Assembly: GCA_965655095.1 (NCBI GenBank)
Contig: OZ296659.1
Coordinates: 7,502,001 to 7,566,000, forward strand
Direction of reading: 5' to 3'
DNA from: Haplodiscus bocki
Lineage: Eukaryota
DNA length: 64,000 nucleotides
Position 1 is the first letter of the stretch. Each line of letters opens with the position of its first letter. The position numbers were made by a program, and so were the translations under genes. Positions 1 to 12,773 of the stretch are shown in pieces. The notes beneath the pieces were generated by a model. The model did no database searches. It saw nothing but the letters and a program-made list of their open reading frames with translations, and was not told where the DNA came from.

Positions 1-139
1 GAGGAACCGCTGCTTCTGTTTTTCCCAATAATCCAGACATTTACTTTCGTGTTGTGGTTGATTTTTCAGAAAGCAGTACTCGTCGTAAGTTATTAGAATA
101 AGCTCTTTAAGGCTACCGTTTGATGTCATGGTAAGACTT

Positions 140-451
140 TCAATGAGTTAGCACCGACGGAAGAATGAATTTCAATAAACGTAAACCTCTAGTAGCCAGC
201 AGCTGACGCTTACGTTTGAGTGAAAAGTTTTTCTTTGATCAGAGAGTCACTATAAAGCTCTTTTCTCGTGAAAGTGTTGATATTTTTACTTGCATTTTTT
301 TCTCTAGTTTGACATTTCCTTTTATCACGTTAAAGATGCAGTCGCAGAATAGTTTAATTACTTCTTCAGGGCAGTTCAAACTGAAACATCTTTTCAGTGT
401 GAGAGGAAATTTAATGTACAAATCAACTGTATAAAAGTTTCGTACACTCAA
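140..451 (-). pseudogene. Polinton conserved small basic (core-like) protein downstream of the ATPase, frameshifted
   Basis: EVIKLFCDCIFNVIKGNVKL, then after a frameshift ...KRKRQLLATRGLRLLKFILPSVL; resembles the basic gene that follows the ATPase in Polintons. Confidence 0.5.
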
Positions 452-1117
452 TGCCTAAGTTCAGGTATAGTTGATCTGTTGAACAGTAGAACAACGAAGG
501 CTCGTCACCAGAACACTTGGAAGAATACCTCAGTGTTTTACTACTTCTCACGTCTAAATCAATCATCAATAACCGAAGGGTTTGCGAGTAGCTCTTTTAT
601 ATGCTTCCATTGTGAGGTGTCGCTCACCTAATCGAAGTCCCAAAATACCAACCTGTTCTGAATCTCTTGGGCTATTGAAGAGAATAATCTGCGTGACATT
701 CAAGTCGATTGTTTTTGAACTTTTTGTCTGTTGAAATCGATTGTGTCTCAAGTCCACCCAATGGATGTTGCGATGGCAACCGGCAAAAATTAGTGCTAAA
801 AATTCTTTGCTTTTTGCCGCTTCTTCGAAAAAATCATCGAGACCTAACATGATCCGTTTCTTATGCGCTTCAGCTTTTTCCAAACACTTCCATTCTAATC
901 CTTGAATAAATCCAATATCAACATGTGCCGACTCGCAACTCATTAACATAGTTCGATATTGTTCTTGATAATGATTATAGAAATAGATGATTTTGTCAAA
1001 GCTAGGTGAAAAAATTTTGGCTGATTCACAATCATCCGCCCAATCAGTCTAGTTTTCCCCGATGCTGCAGGACCCACAACAGAAACAAACAGTGAGGTTG
1101 AGTAGTTATTCGCTTGT
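423..1117 (-). pseudogene. A32/FtsK-like DNA packaging ATPase (Polinton type), frameshifted
   Basis: Walker A GPAASGKT at 1051-1074 (different frame from ORF 566-949), Walker B MLGLDD, then GCHRNIH, IDLNVTQIILFNSPRD and KPFGY(L)MID. Confidence 0.85.
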
Positions 1118-1573
1118 TCACTTTGGAGTGGGTAAATTATGACCTAAGCAAGCTGAAAAGAGAGCAAGTATCCCTGATGCGAACCTATTGTCCGCCTCGC
1201 TAAATGTGAGTAAAGTTATACAAATAATGACAAGAATCAAAATAACTAAGTGATGAAATATTATGACGAGTAAAAACCGATGGAGCTTTAGATCGTCACC
1301 GCCGCAAAGGTTTACACAAAACGGTGGTCGCTCCTGATTATTTTCATCAAAAACAAGTCGATCGATGTTAAATTGAGAAATGTTTGCGAAATGAGGTTCA
1401 TCCACCACCTGTTGTTCTTGATCTACACAAAGCTTACTGTAATAACCACTGGAACGTTTCGATTCAACGTCTTGCATGGCAAAGAAAATGTTCGCTGGAA
1501 ACCTTGCCTGTGCAGTAGAAACCCAACCGTTTTCCACTTCGAATAAATTGAAATGGTTAGAACGGAAAGTCAT
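1118..1573 (-). CDS. Hypothetical element protein with a C-terminal hydrophobic segment
   Basis: 151-aa ORF with LLVIIFHHLVILILVIICITLL; abuts the ATPase gene and may be a fusion of two decayed ORFs. Confidence 0.35.
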   Translation of the reverse strand: MTFRSNHFNLFEVENGWVSTAQARFPANIFFAMQDVESKRSSGYYSKLCVDQEQQVVDEPHFANISQFNIDRLVFDENNQERPPFCVNLCGGDDLKLHRFLLVIIFHHLVILILVIICITLLTFSEADNRFASGILALFSACLGHNLPTPK

Positions 1574-1611
1574 CGAAATAATCAGGCTTCAAAAATTTCA
1601 TAACGTCCAAA

Positions 1612-1929
1612 TTATAATCCCGAAAACTGACCCAAAATCATGCTGTTTTTGAAATATTTTTCAGTAGTTAAGGTATAAACATAACCAGGTCCCACGTTGT
1701 TGACACTCCTTATAGAACCATAGGCATCATGAAAGATTGCATGCATTCGTAAAATTTTTGAAAACTTCAAGAAGTTGTGTGGAAGGCTGTCGCCTGCTCC
1801 AATATTGCCACCAAAAGATGCCCTTGAATTAAATCCATTCAAATCTATTGTTTTGTCTACATGGAGAGAAACTGCAAGAAAAACGTTTTTAGATATTGTG
1901 TTTTTAGGGAACCAGTATGTTACTTTCAC
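1612..1929 (-). CDS. Putative phospholipase A2-like (HD-x-Y) viral protein
   Basis: GGNIGAGDS...HAIFHDAYG resembles the parvovirus/adintovirus PLA2 pattern (GPG loop ... HDxxY). Confidence 0.45.
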   Translation of the reverse strand: MKVTYWFPKNTISKNVFLAVSLHVDKTIDLNGFNSRASFGGNIGAGDSLPHNFLKFSKILRMHAIFHDAYGSIRSVNNVGPGYVYTLTTEKYFKNSMILGQFSGL

Positions 1930-2008
1930 AAAGTTTTCGCAAATGTCCTTCGAAGAAAACCTTCAAGTAAGCAAGTTTGAGTTAGGAGAGGCGTGTCTCA
2001 GAACAAAA

Positions 2009-2866
2009 CTATTCTAAAAATGATGTATCAATAATTGTGTTCTCATTATAAACAGAAAAAAGCTGCGAAGCGTAGTTGTTGCCTTCTTGAGCCGTCGAAC
2101 CGATGATTTGAAGTGGCTGAGTCATATATTCGAAGCACGTGCATTGAGCATTTGTTACCCCCAAATTAATATCCAGTGTCCGGCTGTGTTCAGTTACGTA
2201 AAATCGCCCAAATCCTTTTTGAAGAAGATCAATGTATGACAATATGCTGTCTTTGAAAGGTGCATCTGAACTTTCAAGCTCGAGCAGACGTTGAAAAAGA
2301 AACAATGCTCTCTGACCCAACCGATTCTCCCAGTGAATTGTGTTTTTCGTACAACCACACACTTTTGAATTTGCAACCAAGTCCTTCTGTGGTATTCTGA
2401 TTGATGAGGGATTTCATCTTCTCGCCTCTTACTGAAATGGAATTGGCGGCTGATTTGTTCTTTGTTTCTGCTCTGAGAAAGTTTTCCGGATACGAGACTG
2501 TCATCAACTTTACATGCGCATTGTTTGTTGTCGACAGAACTTGAAGAGTAGTCTGCTTCCGAACAGTTTCCGCTTCAGCACAATCAGGAAGATAAAACAG
2601 AGTATGATGATGGTTCGAGGGCATCGTTTGGCAAATTTCTTCCAATTGCCCACAGCTGAATTCATTCTGAAGGTGTTCTCGGCTTAAATATTGAGCGAGC
2701 ACATGAGAATTTGTAGAGCATTGCACAGACTGGGAGGTATCGAATCAGGAAACGTATTCCGTGTAGTTTCAGAAAGCTTCTCAATAGTGGTAGTTTCGTC
2801 CGTATGAAACAGGAGCAACCAAAAGTTCGACGGAACTTCTCTCAAAACAGTTGTCATTTGTTTCAA
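2009..2866 (-). pseudogene. Two or three overlapping hypothetical ORFs of the same element
   Basis: ORFs 2009-2380, 2274-2726 and 2684-2866 are co-oriented, abutting and protein-like; no family recognised. Confidence 0.35.
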
Positions 2867-4249
2867 CTAGTGAAAATTTTCAGCAACTGATTGTGGTATT
2901 AAATCTTTTAACAAAGAAGCGTCTCACAGTTGTTATCTCACCCACCTCTTAATAAGGAATTTTCCATTCGGTCTCTAGGAGTTTTCCATCAAAATGGAAG
3001 AAAAGAATACTTGGCACAGTCACGATCTTTGATAAGTCCCTGTTTGCAACTGGTCCACGTGAGTGTGCTAGCAATCTGTAATGTATGAACGCGATACTGC
3101 TGTTACCGTTTTTCCTAGGTTTCCGTTTTGGATTGAATTCAACACTTATCGAATGCTTGAGAAAAAAAAATATTTTTACGAGGTTGGTGCTTCATGCTTT
3201 GGAAATTTAGTTTAGCATCATTTAATCTTTTCTGATGGTGTCGAATCCTTTATTTCCACTCTCTGAATCGACAAAGTCTCCAAAAAAGAATATTTCACTT
3301 TTCGTAGAACCAGTTGTGACAGTTTGACTGATGAACAAATAAGTGTCAAAAGAATCGAAGCGATGTGTCAAAAACGACATTCAGTGTACTCAGTCAACAA
3401 AATTCAGCTTCAGATGGTTTTGTACTTTGAACTTTTTGACTGAGAAAATTTTCGGTTTGGGAGTCAAATGCAGCAACCCCCCTTCTTTTACTACTAGCGG
3501 CCAAGCAATTAAAGTCAAACTAACTTCAACCAAAATCAAACACTATGTATTCAACAAACCTCATATCGCCAAGAACTTTCAATTTTGGCACAACGTATAT
3601 TATTCAAACTAACAAAAACCTTCACTTGGGTAGATTTCGAATCCGCTCAAAATATCTTTATGAAGTAACTAACTCCTGAAGGAAAATCAAGTAGGCGAGA
3701 ACTCCAAAACTCGAATTACTGAGTTACTTCAAGATGGTTTGAAAACAAAAATGAACAAAATTCTAATGAAGACAAAAATAGGCAGAGTGACAAAGAACCT
3801 TTCGGTTTCCCATAATTTGGGTGTGAGGTGTCCGCCCGATCCGACGAATCACGGGACACCTGACCGATAAAAATGGCATCGGTGCCATGATAAAAACGGG
3901 AATCACCTCAAAATGGTTCCAAAAGGGTTTTTTGGTAATTTAAAGACAAGGCAAGATATTTTTCCCGACGAAAATCGGAGTTTTTGTCTGAGAGATGTAA
4001 AATAAGTTCGATATGCGTTCTGAAAATACTAATGGTGGGGTATGAACATGGGCGGTTTTTCGGACTGAAATTAGTAAGCCCGCTTGCACTCAGACAACGA
4101 CGACGACAAAGACGACGACGGACGTGACTTTGGGAACTTTGGCTAGTTCTTTGCTATTCTTAGATGGTCTTCGTATTCCTAGTTACCCTTTCAAAATTTT
4201 TTAAAACAAACACTTAAATCAAATTCTTCGTTATCGTATCTCTCTCTCT

Positions 4250-5500
4250 CTCTCTTTCTGGGTCTATTGGAGCAGCAGAGGGATCTGTCGACGACTCGGT
4301 AGTGCGACTGTATGTAAGTTTGTAACCTTAGTTCACTGAGCTTTTTCTCGTGTGCGCTGTCTAAATGATTTTTCGTGAACAACAAAATTTTTTTGATTCT
4401 ACTCCTGCTAAGCCAGTTTGCATTGGGCTGAAGTTCGAACTTGAAAGTTGAGCTGGATTTCTAGCGGAGTAAAAAACTTTTTTGCGATTAAATAAACCAT
4501 TCACTTGGCTGAAAGAAACAAAAACAGAGCTTTGCTGTGCGCGCCGTCAGTAAAAAGTGAGAAGGTTACACTGACTAAAAGTCTCTCTTGCGTTCTTTGC
4601 CAAAACCTGGAACTGTTTTCCAAAAACACGGTTTTTCTTTGAACTCGCAATTAATTCTACCTTTCATCGGCTAAAATTCAGACGTAAGTGAGTAAAACAT
4701 TGTTGGTTGCAAGTATCCGACCAACGTAAGGTCGACTTTGAGTTATATTTAATAACCAAGAGTTCGTTGCTTTTCCCTCTGCCTTAACAAGTCGAACGGC
4801 AAGACCGGTCTTTAGTTTTTGCTTCAGTAGGAGTCCCGCCCTACTAAGAATTCTATTGAGTTTTTGTGTTCTGGCCCACTGGCAACTGGGTCGTAGCAGA
4901 AGAGCTACTGTAGACAAAACTTTATTCAACCCGTTTGCAAAGGGTTTATTATTACTGAAATTAGGGAGGTGTCTAGGAGTAAGAAGAGGAATTCACTCTA
5001 ACCCGGACGGGTATAAGTTAAGAAAGAGCCCGCTTAGGTCCTGGTCCGCCAGAGGCTGATTGAAAGCCGTGAGCCCAGAGTCGGTAAGGTACAAACGTAG
5101 GATCTCCCTGCCGCGAACCAAGCAGAACTTCCAAGGTCTGCAGTACCGGCTAGTGCATGGTTGTGACCTGGACGTCTCGTTCTTATCCCTAAGGGTGCAG
5201 AATGATTTCCGTTGTACATTTTTTTGATAGTTCTTCGCAACAGTCACTAAAGCTAACTATTAAGTGGGTATAACTGTTTATTTCAGCTAAGGACCAATTA
5301 TTCCCGCTTTCTGGTCTTTCCTTAGAATAACTCCGAGAATTGGTATACCTCGGAGTTCTCTCTTAATTAACAACTTTCCACCAACGGGAATTGTGAGTAT
5401 CCTAAAACTTTCTGGTCTAACCCTGCACCTAAGGACTATACCCCTCCTTAGCTGATAGGTGCCAATTTTACACCCCAACTAAATTTCAATGATCATCCAA
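4250..5500 (-). pseudogene. Decayed long reading frame of unknown family
   Basis: ORFs 5287-5478, 4993-5247 and 4678-4929 share one frame and are separated only by short stop-containing gaps. Confidence 0.35.
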
Positions 5501-8500
5501 GGCCGAACGCCGGCTAACTCTTAGGAGCGCCGAAATAAAGTCAATATGAAAGGTAAAGAACTGGTTGCGAGAGGATTGAACGAGCAAAATTAGTTGCTTT
5601 CGTCTGCAGTGACGTGCTCGCCAAGAGAGTTATCAAAGAAAAAAATAAGTTGGATGGAGTTCCCTAAGAAAAAACTTCACCAAGCTCAAGTAAAGGTTAG
5701 CGGAGTTAGTAATTAGTTCACATGAGTTGAGGTGTTAATTGGCCAGTACCAGAAAGGTAATCTGAGATTGACAAGTAAGATTGAGACAAGGTCATTTGAA
5801 GTGCAAATTGACATAGCGCAGTGAGACGTAGTGATAAGTAGGTATAGGGATTTGACTAAAATAAGTGCAAAGCCTAACAAAACTTACAGGTGAAAAATGG
5901 AGAAATTCCTAACTCTTTGGAAGTACATTCCGCTTTTATCGTTTCTTGAATTATCGGGTGCTAGACTTACTAAATCGGTATGCAGTGCTAGAGGCGTTTC
6001 CTATCATTATATCCGTCTGCGTCTGAAAAATTGTTGTTAGTATTACTAAATTTCATATAACTCAATATGATAATAGACGGAGGGAAGGAAAAAAAAACAA
6101 AAAAGGAACGGTGACAATATAAATACAAATTTATGGCTTCCGCCAAGTAAGACTACCAGTTAGTGAAAAACTTCTCCTCGAGCAGCTGCCGCTACGACAC
6201 GTATGCAACAATACAGGTCCGTTGACAGATGTATTGATCATGGCAGCAGGTTGCATCTTCACTGATATGGCTGACTTTTAAAAGGAAAAACAGTGATTCA
6301 ATTAAATGTAGGGCATCGTGGGATCGGCAATTCTGTATTTTTTTCAACGAAAGTTCCTCTGAGTTGTCTGTTTTTTTGTTCTTACAAATCCTAGAATAGT
6401 CATATTTAAACAAACGTCCATTTACCGCCAAAATGATCAACTTCGGATTTTCCGGCAAGAAAACATCAAGGAAAACGCACAGGGAGGCATGAATTTGTAG
6501 CGGAGCAATTGCTTTTTGTCTATAAACTCTTGAGTAGGGTACAGAAATGCCGTTCTATATCGTTTGACTCTCCAAAGGTCCAGAAAAATTGTTTGAAACT
6601 GATCGTCAATATTACTTTTAAATTTTGAAGTTCCAGACTGTCTGTAGGTTAGTTAAGGTCAGTTGAGATCTCATTGACAGTGAAAAAGCGATCATGCATT
6701 TTAGGGTTCGTTGACAACGAAATGGGATACTCCTTGCGAAACTTTGAAACTCTGATTTTTCAAGAACGCTTGATACAATCAACCTCATCATTTAACAGTG
6801 CTCAACATTACCGCAAATTAGGTGGTTTCATTTCTCACCGTATGCTACAATATCCTACAGAAAATTTCGACTACGAATAATTATCATTAGGTACCGCGAA
6901 GCGGGCGGAACACACCATAACATGTGGAAGAACCGAACACCCAAAGACTTCGGCTGAAATACTGTTCATCTTCCGGCGTTCTGGCAGGAAAATTTATTTT
7001 CGACGTTGCGCATGAGAATCGACAATTGAGAAAATAAACAGAAATAATCAGCTGCATGTTGTTTACCCAAGTAAATTAATTCATAGGGACCGCGTTATTG
7101 CGGGGGATGCTCACTGCCTCGAGATTCATAAATGCACGTCCTTTTTAGCTTTTTACTTGGCGCTTTTCAGAAGAAAAATTACACTGACTTTTGTTTTTTT
7201 TTCAGTGGCTAAAATCGACAAAAACCAACTAAAAATTCTCCGCTTGAAATTGATACTCTAGGAGGCCCCGGTGTCTAAAGGGTAGGACAAAAAGCTCCTC
7301 AAGCTATAGATACGCATTCGAGATTTGGTATTCCCAAAAAAAATTTCGGGAAAACGTCTGTTTTTCGGCATGCTTCAATTTTTGGTTTTTTACTTTTCTA
7401 GTTGTTCTAACACCCCCTTATTTTTCAGCTACCCCGACCCGTTTGTCTAGGGGTTAGAAAAAAGGCTTTCAAGCCATAGATAGGGGGTATATAGGAGGTA
7501 TACATATATAAGTTCCATTTTTTTAAAGAAAAAACGTCCATTTTTAAAGCTAGCAGGTCGCAGACCCTATCTTCTCTCAAAATCGATATGGGTTTTGAAA
7601 AATAACTAATTTGCTGGTTGTGGGCGCCAGACTCACATTCAAGCCTGCTTCAAGTCCAGATGCTACTGAGTTTGGAAAACATTCAGTGTGGCGTGCATTG
7701 AGTACTACACAGACACTTAATTAAAGACAGAGCACTGAAGGTCACTATGCCTAATTGATTGACAATCAGTGTCCTAGTGTTAGGATGCTAACCGGTGGAC
7801 ATAAATTTACACTGCTTCACTCTCAATCTACTATGAAAACAAGCGATTTGCAGTCCAGTGGAAAAGACATTCTTACTAAAAGTAAAGATCAAAACGAACA
7901 GACAGTAGTGATTTTAATTAATGCGACTGAGCAATTTTTATACGCTTTACAAAATCTTAAGTGGAGAAATAAATAATAGGACATCAGAGTAAAACAAAGC
8001 ATGGCGAATATTGACTAATTTTGGCAGTTTTCGTAAAAAAATCTTGGCAATGAAGCAAAATAGCGAGAAACAAATTACATAATTTGTTAGTTTTGATTAT
8101 TCCCCAGAGCTTTTATCTTTATCACCTTTTTTCACAACTTTGAATTTTCAGAAGAAATAGCAAAAAGTAAAAGTATAATTTTAACATCCTATTTCAATAC
8201 ATTGATTTTCAAATTTAGATTCAAGATGAATTTTGGAATAGTTTTTGAAAACTTTTCCAACGACAGATGATATCAGTTGTCGCAAAAATATCAGGGGCAT
8301 CTATTGATGAAGTAAAATTCCATCATTAATTTTTTTTAAGTTACGAAATTCTTAAAAGAATGGAAAATTTGGCCAAAAACGTATTTTCTAGTTTTTGCTC
8401 TATTCGTAGCAAACACCATTATAATCTTCTAAAAATTCTAAGAATATTTTGTTTCTGGTACTTTTGTCCAAAATGATTATTACCGAAGTTATTCCTGCTT

Positions 8501-10749
8501 AAAGTTGACTTATGCATTAAAGTTGTCGCATTAATTAAAATCACTACTGTATGTGCAACGTGTGTATAAATCAATCTTCGAATTCCAGTATCATATCACT
8601 CATTTTCCCGAACACTCGACACAAAAAACAACGAAAACGTGAAACTCAAAAATTCCCTTTGAAGAACACTTTGAGCCACTTTGAAGAACACTTACTCACA
8701 CCGGTTTGATAGTAGAGTCTTGTTTTTTTCTGCTATAAACCTTCGAGATAAAAGTCAAAACTTGAAAAATACAAATGATACAACTTGCGTCCAACTTTTT
8801 CACCAATAGTTTTTGTTTAGTCATAGAATTGGACCAATAAATTTCGGTAAGTTCTTGTAATTCTGAAACAGAACAGACAACGTCGGCATCGACAATCATC
8901 AGAAAACCAAAAAAAATCGGCTTTCGACCGGGTCGAAAATATACGAAAAGTCACAGCAATCGTCGAGCTTTGTTGACACCAAAAATATTAGTTTGATGAA
9001 GGAAAATGCTCATTCTCAAGATAATACTTCCTTCATATTGGAACTAGTTATGGGAGAGAATGGCGAGTGAAACAAGTCAATGTCACACAGTCTTCTAATT
9101 GGTTTTGAAGTCTGAAACAGACACCCAGCTACAAATTGTGAACTTGGCTGACCCGCAGAAGCCCAATGGCATCGTATTTAAAAAATTCACGATTATCAAT
9201 AAAAGTCTGCTACCGCTAAAATTGTGAGAATTTTTATATTTTCCGCTTCGCATCTGTCGTGGTTTTTCTGAGACCGTTACTGAGTTTTTTACGAGTTAAA
9301 TATATTACGAATAGCAAATAAATAGACTTTCAAGAAAATTAGTTTCTTTGCAGTGTGCGGTATAGGTGCTTTCAAAGTCGATCAATGATCGAACAATGCA
9401 AGACCTTCCATCGGATCTCGATGAATCTACAAATCCATGGAAGTCACCAAAATCTTTTGAAATTCAAGGAAAATTTGGAGAATTACATCCAACCTTATCT
9501 ACAAACTTACAACAATTTCATTTCAATAACAGAGTTTTGAGGTACTTTTGTTCTAGTGGCGTCCAATTATAGAATCGGAGCAACGTCTACATCCGAAATC
9601 TTAGAAACAGCTAAATACTAAATATAAGTGCGTTCAAAAGGACATGGTCTCAATCAACGTCCAAAAAACCAACAACTCGGCAAGCTGTTAATTGGGATTC
9701 TTTTACGCATTACACTAGAACAGCTACACATTGTCCATTCAACTGCAAGGGAAAACTAACTGCAAGGGCGATAAGTCAATCATAAGTAAATGTGACATAG
9801 ATTTTCATCTGACTTGAACATCTGTTCTGTCTGTCAAACATATTTTAATCAACATGCACCACATCCGACCGGGCTTGAAAGAACTGCCATGGGTTCTCGA
9901 TTAGTTGTGGAACTTTGGATCGAAGTTTCAATAGTTTTCAAGAGTGGTTTTAGGTTTTAAAATAGGTTTGGGTTGGATTTATTTTTTGAGGTTGTGGTTA
10001 AAACATATTTTTTCAAACAATTTTCAAAAATTTAAGATTCGTAAATAGTCTTTCTGAAGAGTGAGATCGAGACTATTCATAAAAAGAACTTTCCAACCAA
10101 GCAGGAATTTTTGTATTAGCGTCTACTTAGTTAGCATCATCGTTTCCGGATCTGCTTCTTTTAACCTCTCAAAGACTTGAATTGACCTTGATGGAACTTA
10201 AATTCAGCGTTCATAAGAATTAAACTTGATAACTCCATCTGAGAATACGTTTGAAGTCAAAGTGGTTGAAGGTCATTGCTGATTCTCAGTTAGGTTCCAG
10301 TTCCACTTCAGTGCTTCGATGGAGCGCAAAAACTATTTGGATGCCATTGATATTGGGCAAGCTGGCGTGAACAAAACTTGAATTTTTGGGTTGTCGGCAA
10401 ACATTGCGGGAAGGCTGGCAAATGATCGTTAATATAATCGTTTTCTATAATCGTTAATAACTCGCATTTGGTGCCAATTGCGGTGCTGCTTGCAACACTT
10501 GCAGGTTGGTAGCAGGATCAGGTTTTTCCAGTTCATAAAGTAGGCCAAACATGCCTAATAACGCAATTTTCCAGTTTTCTTCATTCTGCCTTCCATACAA
10601 CTCAAAGTAATACGACACAGAACCAAAAACGTACCTCTACACAGCAAGACCTTCCAAAATTGTTCATTGAGCATTTAGGGGATTCAAAGTCAATGACAAG
10701 TAGCTACTTTTTTGATTTTTACAGAAATTCCGCCTTCTTGCTGACTATC

Positions 10750-11700
10750 TCTGCTACATAGGCACAAGTGGATTAAAAACAACTTTGAGAGGACATATTT
10801 TGCAATTACTCATGAATGCTACATTTTCTACAAATACTTCGTTGGACCGCTTTCCATTTTGCCAGAACAGCGAAACTTGGGTTTTAAACTGTTCTCTTTC
10901 ATAACCAACTACACGGCTATCTACACAAGAGGAAAGTGTTAACGTTGAGAAATATCTCAGACTTTTGAGAAATTCTAAAATCGTACTCTTGCTGTTCCGT
11001 CGAAAATTGCTAAATTTACTTTTCAGGCTTATTGAACGTTTGCCCTCCAAAACAATCTTTTGGCTACAATTGTATCAGAGAGGACAACAACAAAAGAGGA
11101 CGTGTTGTTGTTCTAAACAAGTGTTAAAAGTTTCATTCTGGTGCAAGTATGTTCTTTCTGAGCAGAACTCGAGCACTCTCGTGCCCCAGGGCGCCATCAT
11201 TTGGTATAGTTTTCCAAGATGAGCTCAAAACTTCACATACAAAAGTCGCATAATTCCAGACTTCCGACAATGTTTATCGACACACTCGTATAAAAGAACT
11301 CTGGTTGTTAGCCAAAAAAGACTTCTGGACAACCTGGCAAACTTCAATTTCAATTAGCTTTACAATAACTCGGAAAACTGACAAATTTCCGACAAGACTT
11401 TCTCCGGCATTAATGGGTCGTCCTGCATTCTGGATTTTCGGAAAACCAGAGGAACTTGATCAGCCGTCTTGGCAGAGCTCTGATTAACCTCTGTTTGCAA
11501 TCGAGCTGGCAAACGGCTGCTTATTAAGGTCGACATATTTTTCTTTTCGAATCGTTCTTAGCTCTCACAAGATGAACAAGGGGATGAATTTCGCTTGTAA
11601 CTCGACCAGCAGGTACCGTTTGGCACAGCGTTTAGTGACGACGGCCATCTACGATCAGTTACAACAACCATCGGGGTTCAAATGCCATCGCCTCAAGATA
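10750..11700 (+). mobile_element. Highly degraded non-LTR retrotransposon RT remnants
   Basis: Fragments VPQGAII (cf. GVPQGS), CILDFRK (cf. FLDFxKAFD) and KRLLIKV. Confidence 0.35.
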
Positions 11701-12773
11701 TTTCTAGCGTTCGATGATTCCCTTTCCATCAATTTTCTCATCTTTATATGAGAAGCGACAACTGGGAGAACTTTTCTATTATCATAATGTTTTTTGCAAG
11801 TTTACTTCAAATTGAATTTCTAATCTCAGAATATTTTCGCCAGTAGTTCAAAATTTGGTGGCAAAAATACATTCTTTTAAAAAAAATGAGCCACATTTTC
11901 GACCGTTAATTATACAATTTCTTATATTTTCACCCGAACATTAGCTTATTTCTCAACTATGCCATTTTTTTTGGCGGAAACTGACGAGATTATTGCCACC
12001 GCAAAGTTTTGAAATTTTTCGCGATTTTTCGGAACAGTGAAAATTTTGCATTTTTGGGGTATTAAAAAATCTGAATTTTCGCGGTTTCTTTCACCGCGCT
12101 TCCCTTACGCTCAATTTTTTTATTTGCTGATCCGGCATAAATCGATATGAAATGCTCAGCTTTCAAGAATCCTCCCACGTTCTGAAAACTCCCGTCAAAA
12201 ACTGGGGGTTTTTAGTGTAAAAAGATTGGGCAAAGAAACTCTAATTTCCCCTAACTTTTGAATTTTGATTTTAATATCAATTTCATCGCTGCTTTTCCAA
12301 AGTAATACAACACAGTCGCATCAACCTAGACAAATACAGATTTGTTCAACATTATTGTCTGAAGTTTTTTTAGTGGCTTGGCCTAAATGGAGTTTTTAAT
12401 GCTTGAATGTTTGCCAAAATAGCTAAAATCGCGATTTCCCCGGGACTTTCGCATCTTTGCCATCCATAACGACTTGCCAGATGCTAGGCCAAACTAATAC
12501 AATATAGAAGCATAAATATGGTTAAATGTAGCAGGAAGTTCCCAAATTGCTGTCAATTGTAGTTTCTGAGTTGTTGTTTCGACAGGACCACAAATAAGGT
12601 TGGATTGGCAAAATTTGGTTATTTGGTTTCAGCAGCGCACTAGAGCTGTTTTATGGTAAAAATCGTCCCAATAGTTACTTTTCTCCCGCTTTTTTGTGTT
12701 TTTAACTAATTTTCTGTACAGGAAAAAGACCCTACACAGCATTAGGAAGAAACCTAAATTCGTAGATTCTAAC

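Larger units (their letters stand above)
1..2900 (-). mobile_element. Decayed Polinton/Maverick-like element fragment (lineage A), runs off the left edge
   Basis: Tightly packed intronless minus-strand ORFs with frameshifts. A Polinton-type ATPase is followed by a C-x-x-N-V-I-K-G-N-V core-like gene and a further ORF starting at 129 (MTSNGSLKELILITYDEY...), an order familiar from animal Polintons. Confidence 0.7.

Noticed and set aside
5900-9300. Scattered 60-90 aa ORFs
   Set aside because: No motifs, splice support or homologous copies recognised; likely chance ORFs in decayed repeats.
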